Below the pieces are notes generated by a model, which did no database searches, was not told where the DNA came from, and saw only the letters and a program-made list of their open reading frames with translations. A DNA stretch of 64,000 nucleotides from Paragordius varius (Eukaryota > Animalia > Nematomorpha): contig OZ176053.1 of assembly GCA_964247055.1 (NCBI GenBank), forward strand, positions 13,888,001-13,952,000. The letters are read 5' to 3'. Below, piece after piece: positions 41,801 to 54,900 of the stretch. Position 1 is the first letter of the stretch. Every line of letters starts with the position of its first letter. The position numbers and the translations under genes are program-made.

Positions 41801-44800
41801 TTACATTTATAGTCCGATCCCCAAAATATTTGGGGTGATGATGGAACTACCATAGGGCTACTTAAAAAAATTATGGCGACATCACCTGATCAAATTTGGA
41901 TTTTAGGTAGCCATTTTTATTTTTAAAGTCGTATAAAATAAATTTTTTAAATATTCAAAAAATTCATAAAAATTACATTTATACTCCGATCTAGAATATA
42001 TTTGGGGTGATGATGGAACTACCATAGGGCTACCCAAAAAAAATTATGGCGACATCACCTGATCAAATTTGGATTTTAGGTAGCTATTTTTATTTTTAAA
42101 ATCGTATAAAAAAAATTTTTAAATATTTAAAAAATTCATAAAAATTACATTTATACTCCGATCTCGACAATATTTGGGGTGATGATGGAACTACCATAGG
42201 GCTACCCAAAAAAAATTATGGTGACATCACCTGATCAAATTTGGATTTTAGGTAGCCATTTTTATTTTTAAAGCGTATAAAATAAATTTTTTAAATATTT
42301 AAAAAATTCATAAAAATTACATTTATAGTCCGATCCCCAAAATATTTGGGGTGATGATGGAACTACCATAGGGCTACTTAAAAAAAATTATGGCGACATC
42401 ACCTGATCAAATTTGGATTTTAAGTAGCCATTTTTATTTTTAAAATCGTATAAAATAAATTTTTTAAATATTCAAAAAATTCATAAAAATTACATTTATA
42501 CTCCGATCTAGAATATATTTGGGGTGATGATGGAACTACCATAGGGCTACCCAAAAAAAATTATGGCGACATCACCTGATCAAATTTGGATTTTAGGTAG
42601 CTATTTTTATTTTTAAAATCGTATAAAAAAAATTTTTAAATATTTAAAAAATTCATAAAAATTACATTTATACTCCGATCTCGAAAATATTTGGGGTGAT
42701 GATGGAACTACCATAGGGCTACCCAAAAAATATTATGGTGACATCACCTGATCAAATTTGGATTTTAGGTAGCCATTTTTATTTTTAAAATCGTATAAAA
42801 TAAATTTTTTAAATATTTAAAAAATTCATAAAAATTACATTTATACTCCAATCTCAAAAATATTTGAGGTGATGATGGAACTACTATAGGGCTACCCAAA
42901 ATTATGGCGACATCACCTGATCAAATTTGGATTTTAGGTAGCCATTTTTATTTTTAAAATCGTATAAAATAAATTTTTTAAATATTTAAAAAATTCATAA
43001 AAATTACATTTATACTCCGATCTCGAAAATATTTGGGGTGATGATGGAATTACCATAGGGCTACCCAAAAAAAATTATGGTGACATCACCTGATCAAATT
43101 TGGATTTTAGGTAGCCATTTTTATTTTTAAAATCGTATAAAATAAATTTTTTAAATATTTAAAAAATTCATAAAAATTACATTTATACTCCGATCTCGAA
43201 AATATTTGGGGTGATGATGGAACTACCATAGGGCTACCCAAAAAAAATTATGGTGACATCACCTGATCAAATTTGGATTTTAGGTAGCCATTTTTATTTT
43301 TAAAATCGTATAAAATAAATTTTTTAAATATTTAAAAACTTCATAAAAATTACATTTATACTCCGATCTCGAAAATATTTGGGGTGATGATGGAACTACC
43401 ATAGGGCTACCCAAAAAAAATTATGGTGACATCACCTGATTAAATTTGGATTTTAGGTAGCCATTTTTATTTATAAAATCGTATATTTTTTAAATATTTA
43501 AAAAATTCATAAAAATTACATTTATAGTCCAATCCCCAAAATATTTGGGGTGATGATGGAACTACCATAGGGCTACCCAAAAAAAATTATGGTGACATCA
43601 CCTGATCAAATTTGGATTTTAGGTAGCCATTTTTATTTTTAAAATCGTATAAAATAAATTTTTTAAATATTTAAAAAATTCATAAAAATTACATTTATAG
43701 TCCGATCCCAAAATATTTGGGGTGATGATGGAACTACCATAGGGCTACCCAAAAAAAATTATGGCGACATCACCTGATGAAATTTGGATTTTAGGTAGGC
43801 ATTTTTATTTTTAAAATCGTATAAAATAAATTTTTTAAATATTTAAAAAATTCATAAAAATTACATTTATAGTCCGATCCCCAAAATATTTGGGGTGATG
43901 ATGAAACTACCATAGGGCTTCCCAAAAAAATTATAGTGACATCACCTGATCAAATTTGGATTTTAGGTAGCCATTTTTATTTATAAAATCGTATATTTTT
44001 TAAATATTTAAAAAATTCATAAATATTACATTTATACTCCGATCTCGAAAATATTTGGGGTGATGATGGAACTACCATAGGGCTACCCAAAAAAAATTAT
44101 GGTGACATCACCTGATTAAATTTGGATTTTAGGTAGCCATTTTTATTTATAAAATCGTATATTTTTTAAATATTTAAAAAATTCATAAAAATTACATTTA
44201 TAGTCCAATCCCCAAAATATTTGGGGTGATGATGGAACTACCATAGGGCTACCCAAAAAAAATTATGGTGACATCACCTGATCAAATTTGGATTTTAGGT
44301 AGCCATTTTTATTTTTAAAATCGTATAAAATAAATTTTTTAAATATTTAAAAAATTCATAAAAATTACATTTATACTCCGATCTCGAAAATATTTGGGAT
44401 GATGATGGAATTACCATAGGGCTACCCAAAAAAAATTATGGCGACATCACCTGATCAAATTTGGATTTTAGGTAGCCATTTTTATTTTTAAAATCGTATA
44501 AAATATATTTTTTAAATATTTAAAAAATTCATAAAAATTACATTTATAGTCCGATCCCCAAAATATTTAGGGTGATGATGGAACTACCACGGGGCTACCC
44601 AAAAAAAATTATGGCGACATCACCTGATCAAATTTGGATTTTAGGTAGCCATTTTTATTTTTAAAATCGTATAAAATAAATTTTTTAAATATTTAAAAAA
44701 TTCATAAAAATTACATTTATACTCCGATCTCGAAAATATTTGGGGTGATGATGGAATTATCATAGGGCTACCCAAAAAAAATTATGGTGACATCACCTGA

Positions 44801-47800
44801 TCAAATTTGGATTTTAGGTAGCCATTTTTATTTTTAAAATCGTATAAAATAAATTTTTTAAATATTTAAAAAATTCATAAAAATTACATTTATACTCCGA
44901 TCTCGAAAATATTTGGGGTGATGATGGAACTACCATAGGGCTACCCAAAAAAATTATGGCAACATCACCTGATCAAATTTGGATTTTAGGTAGCCATTTT
45001 TATTTTTAAAATCGAATAAAATAAATTTTTTAAATATTAAAAAATTCATAAAAATTACATTTATACTCCGATCTCGACAATATTTGGGGTGATGATGGAA
45101 CTACCATAGGGCTACCCAAAAAAAATTATGGCAACATCACCTGATCAAATTTGGATTTTAGGTAGCCATTTTTATTTATAAAATCGTATATTTTTTAAAT
45201 ATTTAAAAAATTCATAAATATTACATTTATACTCCGATCTCGAAAATATTTGGGGTGATGATGGAACTACCATAGGGCTACCCAAAAAAAATTATGGTGA
45301 CATCACCTGATTAAATTTGGATTTTAGGTAGCCATTTTTATTTATAAAATCGTATATTTTTTAAATATTTAAAAAATTCATAAAAATTACATTTATAGTC
45401 CGATCCCCAAAATATTTGGGGTGATGATGGAACTACCATAGGGCTACCCAAAAAAATTATGGTGACATCACCTGATCAAATTTGGATTTTAGGTAGCCAT
45501 TTTTATTTTTAAAATCGTATAAAATAAATTTTTTAAATATTTAAAAAATTCATAAAAATTACATTTATACTCCGATCTCGACAATATTTGGGGTGATGAT
45601 GGAACTACCATAGGGCTACCCAAAAAAAATTATGGTGACATCACCTGATCAAATTTGGATTTTAGGTAGCCATTTTTATTTTTAAAATCGTATAAAATAA
45701 ATTTCTTAAATATTTAAAAAATTCAAAAATTACATTTATACTCCGATCTCGACAATATTTGGGGTGATGATGGAACTACCATAGGGCTACCCAAAAAAAA
45801 TTATGGCGACATCACCTGATCAAATTTGGATTTTAGGTAGCCATTTTTATTTTTAAAATCGAATAAAATAAATTTTTTAAATATTTAAAAAATTCATAAA
45901 AATTACATTTAAACTCCGATCTCGACAATATTTGGGGTGATGATGGAACTACCATAGGGCTACCCAAAAAAAATTATGGCAACATCACCTGATCAAATTT
46001 GGATTTTAGGTAGCCATTTTTATTTTTAAAATCGTATAAAATAAATTTTTTAAATATTTAAAAAATTCATAAAAATTACATTTATACTCCAATCTCAAAA
46101 ATATTTGGGGTGATGATGGAACTACTATAGGGCTACCCAAAAAAAATTATGGCGACATCACCTGATCAAATTTGGATTTTAGGTAGCCATTTTTATTTTT
46201 AAAGCGTATAAAATAAATTTTTTAAATATTTAAAAAATTCATAAAAATTACATTTATAGTCCGATCCCCAAAATATTTGGGGTGATGATGGAACTACCAT
46301 AGGGCTACTTAAAAAAAATTATGGCGACATCACCTGATCAAATTTGGATTTTAGGTAGCCATTTTTATTTTTAAAGTCGTATAAAATAAATTTTTTAAAT
46401 ATTCAAAAAATTCATAAAAATTACATTTATACTCCGATCTAGAATATATTTGGGGTTATGATGGAACTACCATAGGGCTACCCAAAAAAAATTATGGCGA
46501 CATCACCTGATCAAATTTGGATTTTAGGTAGCTATTTTTATTTTTAAAATCGTATAAAAAAAATTTTTAAATATCTAAAAAATTCATAAAAATTACATTT
46601 ATACTCCGATCTCGACAATATTTGGGGTGATGATGGAACTACCATAGGGCTACCCAAAAAAAATTATGGTGACATCACCTGATCAAATTTGGATTTTAGG
46701 TAGCCATTTTTATTTTTAAAGCGTATAAAATAAATTTTTTAAATATTTAAAAAATTCATAAAAATTACATTTATAGTCCGATCCCCAAAATATTTGGGGT
46801 GATGATGGAACTACCATAGGGCTACTTAAAAAAAATTATGGCGACATCACCTGATCAAATTTGGATTTTAAGTAGCCATTTTTATTTTTAAAATCGTATA
46901 AAATAAATTTTTTAAATATTCAAAAAATTCATAAAAATTACATTTATACTCCGATCTAGAATATATTTGGGGTGATGATGGAACTACCATAGGGCTACCC
47001 AAAAAAAATTATGGCGACATCACCTGATCAAATTTGGATTTTAGGTAGCTATTTTTATTTTTAAAATCGTATAAAAAAAATTTTTAAATATTTAAAAAAT
47101 TCATAAAAATTACATTTATACTCCGATCTCGAAAATATTTGGGGTGATGATGGAACTACCATAGGGCTACCCAAAAAATATTATGGTGACATCACCTGAT
47201 CAAATTTGGATTTTAGGTAGCCATTTTTATTTTTAAAATCGTATAAAATAAATTTTTTAAATATTTAAAAAATTCATAAAAATTACATTTATACTCCAAT
47301 CTCAAAAATATTTGAGGTGATGATGGAACTACTATAGGGCTACCCAAAATTATGGCGACATCACCTGATCAAATTTGGATTTTAGGTAGCCATTTTTATT
47401 TTTAAAATCGTATAAAATAAATTTTTTAAATATTTAAAAAATTCATAAAAATTACATTTATACTCCGATCTCGAAAATATTTGGGGTGATGATGGAATTA
47501 CCATAGGGCTACCCAAAAAAAATTATGGTGACATCACCTGATCAAATTTGGATTTTAGGTAGCCATTTTTATTTTTAAAATCGTATAAAATAAATTTTTT
47601 AAATATTTAAAAAATTCATAAAAATTACATTTATACTCCGATCTCGAAAATATTTGGGGTGATGATGGAACTACCATAGGGCTACCCAAAAAAATTATGG
47701 TGACATCACCTGATCAAATTTGGATTTTAGGTAGCCATTTTTATTTTTAAAATTGTATAAAATAAATTTTTTAAATATTTAAAAAATTCATAAAAATTAC

Positions 47801-49240
47801 ATTTATACTCTGATCTTGAAAATATTTGGGGTGATGATGGAACTACCATAGGGCTACCCAAAAAAAATCATAGTGACATCACCTGATCAAATTTGGATTT
47901 TAGGTAGCCATTTTTATTTTTAAAATCGTATAAAATAAATTTTTTAAATATTTAAAAAATTCATAAAAATTATATTTATACTCCGATCTCGAAAATATTT
48001 GGGGTGATGATGGAACTACCATAGGGCTACCCAAAAAAAATTATGGTGACATCACCTGATCAAATTTGGATTTTAGGTAGCCATTTTTATTTTTAAAATC
48101 GTATAAAATAAATTTTTTAAATATTTAAAAACTTCATAAAAATTACATTTATAGTCCGATCCCCAAAATATTTGGGGTGATGATGGAACTACCATAGGGC
48201 TACCCAAAAAAAATTATGGCGACATCACCTGATGAAATTTGGATTTTAGGTAGGCATTTTTATTTTTAAAATCGTATAAAATAAATTTTTTAAATATTTA
48301 AAAAATTCATAAAAATTACATTTATAGTCCGATCCCCAAAATATTTGGGGTGATGATGAAACTACCATAGGGCTTCCCAAAAAAATTATAGTGACATCAC
48401 CTGATCAAATTTGGATTTTAGGTAGCCATTTTTATTTATAAAATCGTATATTTTTTAAATATTTAAAAAATTCATAAATATTACATTTATACTCCGATCT
48501 CGAAAATATTTGGGGTGATGATGGAACTACCATAGGGCTACCCAAAAAAAATTATGGTGACATCACCTGATTAAATTTGGATTTTAGGTAGCCATTTTTA
48601 TTTATAAAATCGTATATTTTTTAAATATTTAAAAAATTCATAAAAATTACATTTATAGTCCAATCCCCAAAATATTTGGGGTGATGATGGAACTACCATA
48701 GGGCTACCCAAAAAAAATTATGGTGACATCACCTGATCAAATTTAGATTTTAGGTAGCCATTTTTATTTTTAAAATCGTATAAAATATATTTTTTAAATA
48801 TTTAAAAAATTCATAAAAATTACATTTATAGTCCGATCCCCAAAATATTTAGGGTGATGATGGAACTACCATGGGGCTACCCAAAAAAAATTATGGCGAC
48901 ATCACCTGATCAAATTTGGATTTTAGGTAGCCATTTTTATTTTTAAAATCGTATAAAATAAATTTTTTAAATATTTAAAAAATTCATAAAAATTACATTT
49001 ATACTCCGATCCCCAAAATATTTAGGGTGATGATGGAACTACCATGGGGCTACCCAAAAAAAATTATGGCGACATCACCTGATCAAATTTGGATTTTAGG
49101 TAGCCATTTTTATTTTTAAAATCGTATAAAATAAATTTTTTAAATATTTAAAAAATTCATAAAAATTACATTTATACTCCGATCTCGAAAATATTTGGGG
49201 TGATGATGGAATTACCATAGGGCTACCCAAAAAAAATTAT
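35889..49240 (+). repeat. Satellite domain C: three tandem copies of a 25-28-monomer higher-order repeat (4.3-4.8 kb)
   Basis: Copies start at 35889, 40689 and 44963. GAGG marker at 38586, 42866 and 47314. TAAGTAGCC at 38141, 42421 and 46869. GGGCTTCCC at 39641, 43915 and 48370. Confidence 0.88.
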
Positions 49241-51949
49241 GGTGACATCACCTGATCAAATTTGGATTTTAGGTAGCCATTTTTATTTTTAAAATCGTAT
49301 AAAATAAATTTTTTAAATATTTAAAAAATTCATAAAAATTACATTTATACTCTGATCTTGAAAATATTTGGGGTGATGATGGAACTACCATAGGGCTACC
49401 AAAAAAAAACATAGTGACATCACCTGATCAAATTTGGATTTTAGGTAGCCATTTTTATTTTTAAAATCGTATAAAATAAATTTTTTAAATATTTAAAAAA
49501 TTCATAAAAATTATATTTATACTCCGATCTCGAAAATATTTGGGGTGATGATGGAACTACCATAGGGCTACCCAAAAAAAATTATGGTGACATCACCTGA
49601 TCAAATTTGGATTTTAGGTAGCCATTTTTATTTTTAAAATCGTATAAAATAAATTTTTTAAATATTTAAAAACTTCATAAAAATTACATTTATAGTCCGA
49701 TCCCCAAAATATTTGGGGTGATGATGGAACTACCATAGGGCTACCCAAAAAAAATTATGGCGACATCACCTGATGAAATTTGGATTTTAGGTAGGCATTT
49801 TTATTTTTAAAATCGTATAAAATAAATTTTTTAAATATTTAAAAAATTCATAAAAATTACATTTATAGTCCGATCCCCAAAATATTTGGGGTGATGATGA
49901 AACTACCATAGGGCTTCCCAAAAAAATTATAGTGACACCACCTGATAAAATTTGGATTTTAGGTAGCCATTTTTATTTATAAAATCGTATATTTTTTAAA
50001 TATTTAAAAAATTCATAAATATTACATTTATACTCCGATCTCGAAAATATTTGGGGTGATGATGGAACTACCATAGGGCTACCCAAAAAAAATTATGGTG
50101 ACATCACCTGATTAAATTTGGATTTTAGGTAGCCATTTTTATTTATAAAATCGTATATTTTTTAAATATTTAAAAAATTCATAAAAATTACATTTATAGT
50201 CCAATCCCCAAAATATTTGGGGTGATGATGGAACTACCATAGGGCTACCCAAAAAAAATTATGGTGACATCACCTGATCAAATTTGGATTTTAGGTAGCC
50301 ATTTTTATTTTTAAAATCGTATAAAATAAATTTTTTAAATATTTAAAAAATTCATAAAAATTACATTTATACTCCGATCTCGAAAATATTTGGGGTGATG
50401 ATGGAACTACGATAGGGCTACCCAAAAAAAATTATGGCGACATCACCTGATCAAATTTGGATTTTAGGTAGCCATTTTTATTTTTAAAATCGTATAAAAT
50501 AAATTTTTTAAATATTTAAAAAATTCATATAAATTACATTTATACTCCGATCTCGACAATATTTGGGGTGATGATGGAACTACCATAGAACTACCCAAAA
50601 AAAATTATGGTGACATCACCTGATCAAATTTGGATTTTAGGTAGCCATTTTTATTTTTAAAATCGTATAAAATAAATTTTTTAAATATTTAAAAAATTCA
50701 TAAAAATTACATTTATACTCCGATCTCGAAAATATTTGGGGTAATGATGGAACTACCATAGGGCTACCCAAAAAAAATTATGGTGACATCACCTGATCAA
50801 AAATGGATTTTAGGTAGCCATTTTTATTTTTAAAATCGTATAAAATAAATTTTTTAAATATTTAAAAAATTTAAAAAAATTACATTTATACTCCGATCTC
50901 GAAAATATTTGGGGTAATGATGGAACTACCATAGGGCTACCCAAATAAAATTATGGCGACATCACCTGATCAAATTTGGATTTTAGGTAGCCATTTTTAT
51001 TTTTAAAATCGTACAAAAATAAATTTTTTAAATATTTAAAAACTTCATAAAAATTACATTTATACTCTGATCTTGAAAATATTTGGGGTGATGATGGAAC
51101 TACCATAGGGCTACCCAAAAAAAATCATAGTGACATCACCTGATCAAATTTGGATTTTAGGTAGCCATTTTTATTTTTAAAATCGTTTAAAATAAATTTT
51201 TTAAATATTTAAAAAATTCATAAAAATTACATTTATAGTCCGATCCCCAAAATATTTAGGGTGATGATGGAACTACCATTAGGGCTACCCAAAAAAAATT
51301 ATGGCGACATCACCTGATCAAATTTGGATTATAGGTAGCCATTTTTATTTTTAAAATCGTATAAAATAAATTTTTAAATATTTAAAAAATTCATAAAAAT
51401 TACACTTATAGTCCGATCCCCAAAATATTTGGGGTGATGATGGAACTACCATAGGGCTACCCAAAAAAAATTATGGTGACATCACCTGATCAAATTTGGA
51501 TTTTAGGTAGCCATTTTTATTTTTAAAATCGTATAAAATAAATTTTTTAAATATTTAAAAAATTATAAAAATTACATTTATACTCCGATCCCCAAAATAT
51601 TTAGGGTGATGATGGAACTACCATAGGGCTACCCAAAAAAAATTATGGCGACATCACCTGATCAAATTTGGATTTTAGGTAGCCATTATTATTTTTAAAA
51701 TCGTATAAAATAAATTTTTTAAATATTTAAAAAATTCATAAAAATTACATTTATACTCCGATCTCGAAAATATTTGGGATGATGATGGAACTACCATAGG
51801 GCTACCCAAAAAAAATTATGGTGACATCACCTGATCAAATTTGGATTTTAGGTAGCCATTTTTATTTCTAATATCGTATAAAATAAATTTTTTAAATATT
51901 TAAAAAATTCATAAAAATTACATTTATACTCCGATCTCGAAATATTTGG

Positions 51950-54900
51950 GGTGATGATGGAACTACCATAGGGCTACCCAAAAAAAATTATGGTGACATC
52001 ACCTGATCAAATTTGGATGTAGCCATTTTTATTTTTAAAATTGTATAAAATAATTTTTTTAAATATTTAAAAAATTCATAAAAATTACATTTATACTCTG
52101 ATCTTGAAAATATTTGGGGTGATGATGGAACTACCATAGGGCTACCCAAAAAAAATCATAGTGACATCACCTGATCAAATTTGGATTTTAGGTAGCCATT
52201 TTTATTTTTCAAATCGTATAAAATTAATTTTTTAAATATTTAAAAAATTCATAAAAATTATATTTATACTCCGATCTCGAAAATATTTGGGGTGATGATG
52301 GAACTACCATAGGGCTACCCAAAAAAAATTATGGTGACATCACCTGATCAAATTTGGATTTTAGGTAGCCATTTTTATTTTTAAAATCGTATAAAATAAA
52401 TTTTTTAAATATTTAAAAACTTCATAAAAATTACATTTATAGTCCGATCCCCAAAATATTTGGGGTGATGATGGAACTACCATAGGGCTACCCAAAAAAA
52501 ATTATGGCGACATCACCTGATAAAATTTGGATTTTAGGTAGCCATTTTTATTTTTAAAATCGTATAAAATAAATTTTTTAAATATTTAAAAAATTCATAA
52601 AAATTACATTTATAGTCCGATCCCCAAAATATTTGGGGTGATGATGGAATTACCATAGGGCTACCCAAAAAAAATTTATGGTGACATCACCTGATCAAAT
52701 TTGGATTTTAGGTAGCCATTTTTATTTTTAAAATCGTATAAAATAAATTTTTTAAATATTTAAAAAATTCATAAAAATTACATTTAAAGTCCGATCTCAA
52801 AAATATTTGGGGTTATGATGGAACTACCATAGGGCTACCCAAAAAAAATTATGGTGACATCACCTGATCAAATTTGGATTTTAGGTAGCCATTTTTATTT
52901 TCAAAATCGTATAAAATAAATTTTTAAATATTTAAAAAATTCATAAAAATTACATTTATACTCCGATCTCGAAAATATTTGGGGTGATGATGGAACTACC
53001 ATAGGGCTACCCAAAAAAATTATGGTGACATCACCTGATCAAATTTGGATTTTAGGTAGCCATTTTTATTTTTAAAATCGTATAAAATAAATTTTTTAAA
53101 TATTTAAAAACTTCATAAAAATTACATTTATAGTCCGATCCCCAAAATATTTGGGGTGATGATGGAACTACCATAGGGCTACCCAAAAAAAATTATGGCG
53201 ACATCACCTGATGAAATTTGGATTTTAGGTAGCCATTTTTATTTTTAAAATCGTATAAAATAAATTTTTTAAATATTTAAAAAATTCATAAAAATTACAT
53301 TTATAGTCCGATCCCCAAAATATTTGGGGTGATGATGGAATTACCATAGGGCTACCCAAAAAAATTTATGGTGACATCACCTGATCAAATTTGGATTTTA
53401 GGTAGCCATTTTTATTTTTAATATCGTATAAAATAAATTTTTTAAATATTTAAAAAATTCATAAAAATTACATTTATACTCCGATCTCGAAAATATTTGG
53501 GGTAATGATGGAACTACCATAGGGCTACCCAAAAAAAATTATGGTGACATCACCTGATCAAATTTGGATTTTAGGTAGCCATTTTTATATTTTTAAAATC
53601 GTATAAAATAAATTTTTTAAATATTTAAAAAATTCATAAAAATTACATTTATACTCCGATCTCGAAAATATTTGGGGTAATGATGGAACTACCATAGGGC
53701 CACCCAAAAAAAATTATGGCGACATCACCTGATGAAATTTAAATTTTAGGTAGCCATTTTTATTTTTAAAATCGTATAAAATAAATTTTTTAAATATTTA
53801 AAAAATTCATAAAAATTACATTTAAAGTCCGATCTCAAAAATATTTGGGGTTATGATGGAACTACCATAGGGCTACCCAAAAAAAATTATGGTGACATCA
53901 CCTGATCAAATTTGGATTTTAGGTAGCCATTTTTATTTTTAAAATCGTATAAAATAAATTTTTTAAATATTTAAAAAATTCATAAAAATTACATTTATAC
54001 TCCGATCTCGAAATATTTGGGGTGATGATGGAACTATCATAGGGCTACCCAAAAAAATTATGGTGACATCACCTGATCAAATTTGGATGTAGCCATTTTT
54101 ATTTTTAAAATTGTATAAAATAAATTTTTTAAATATTTAAAAAATTCATAAAAATTACATTTATACTCTGATCTTGAAAATATTTGGGGTGATGATGGAA
54201 CTACCATAGGGCTACCCAAAAAAAATCATAGTGACATCACCTGATCAAATTTGGATTTTAGGTAGCCATTTTTATTTTTAAAATCGTATAAAATAAATTT
54301 TTTAAATATTTAAAAAATTCATAAAAATTATATTTATACTCCGATCTCGAAAATATTTGGGGTGATGATGGAACTACCATAGGGCTACCCAAAAATATGG
54401 TGACATCACCTGATCAAATTTGGATTTTAGGTAGCCATTTTTATTTTTAAAATCGTATAAAATAAATTTTTTAAATATTTAAAAACTTCATAAAAATTAC
54501 ATTTATAGTCCGATCCCCAAAATATTTGGGGTGATGATGGAACTACCATAGGGCTACCCAAAAAAAATTATGGCGACATCACCTGATAAAATTTGGATTT
54601 TAGGTAGCCATTTTTATTTTTAAAATCGTATAAAATAAATTTTTTAAATATTTAAAAAATTCATAAAAATTACATTTATAGTCCGATCCCCAAAATATTT
54701 GGGGTGATGATGGAATTACCATAGGGCTACCCAAAAAAAATTTATGGTGACATCACCTGATCAAATTTGGATTTTAGGTAGCCATTTTTATTTTTAAAAT
54801 CGTATAAAATAAATTTTTTAAATATTTAAAAAATTCATAAAAATTACATTTAAAGTCCGATCTCAAAAATATTTGGGGTTATGATGGAACTACCATAGGG

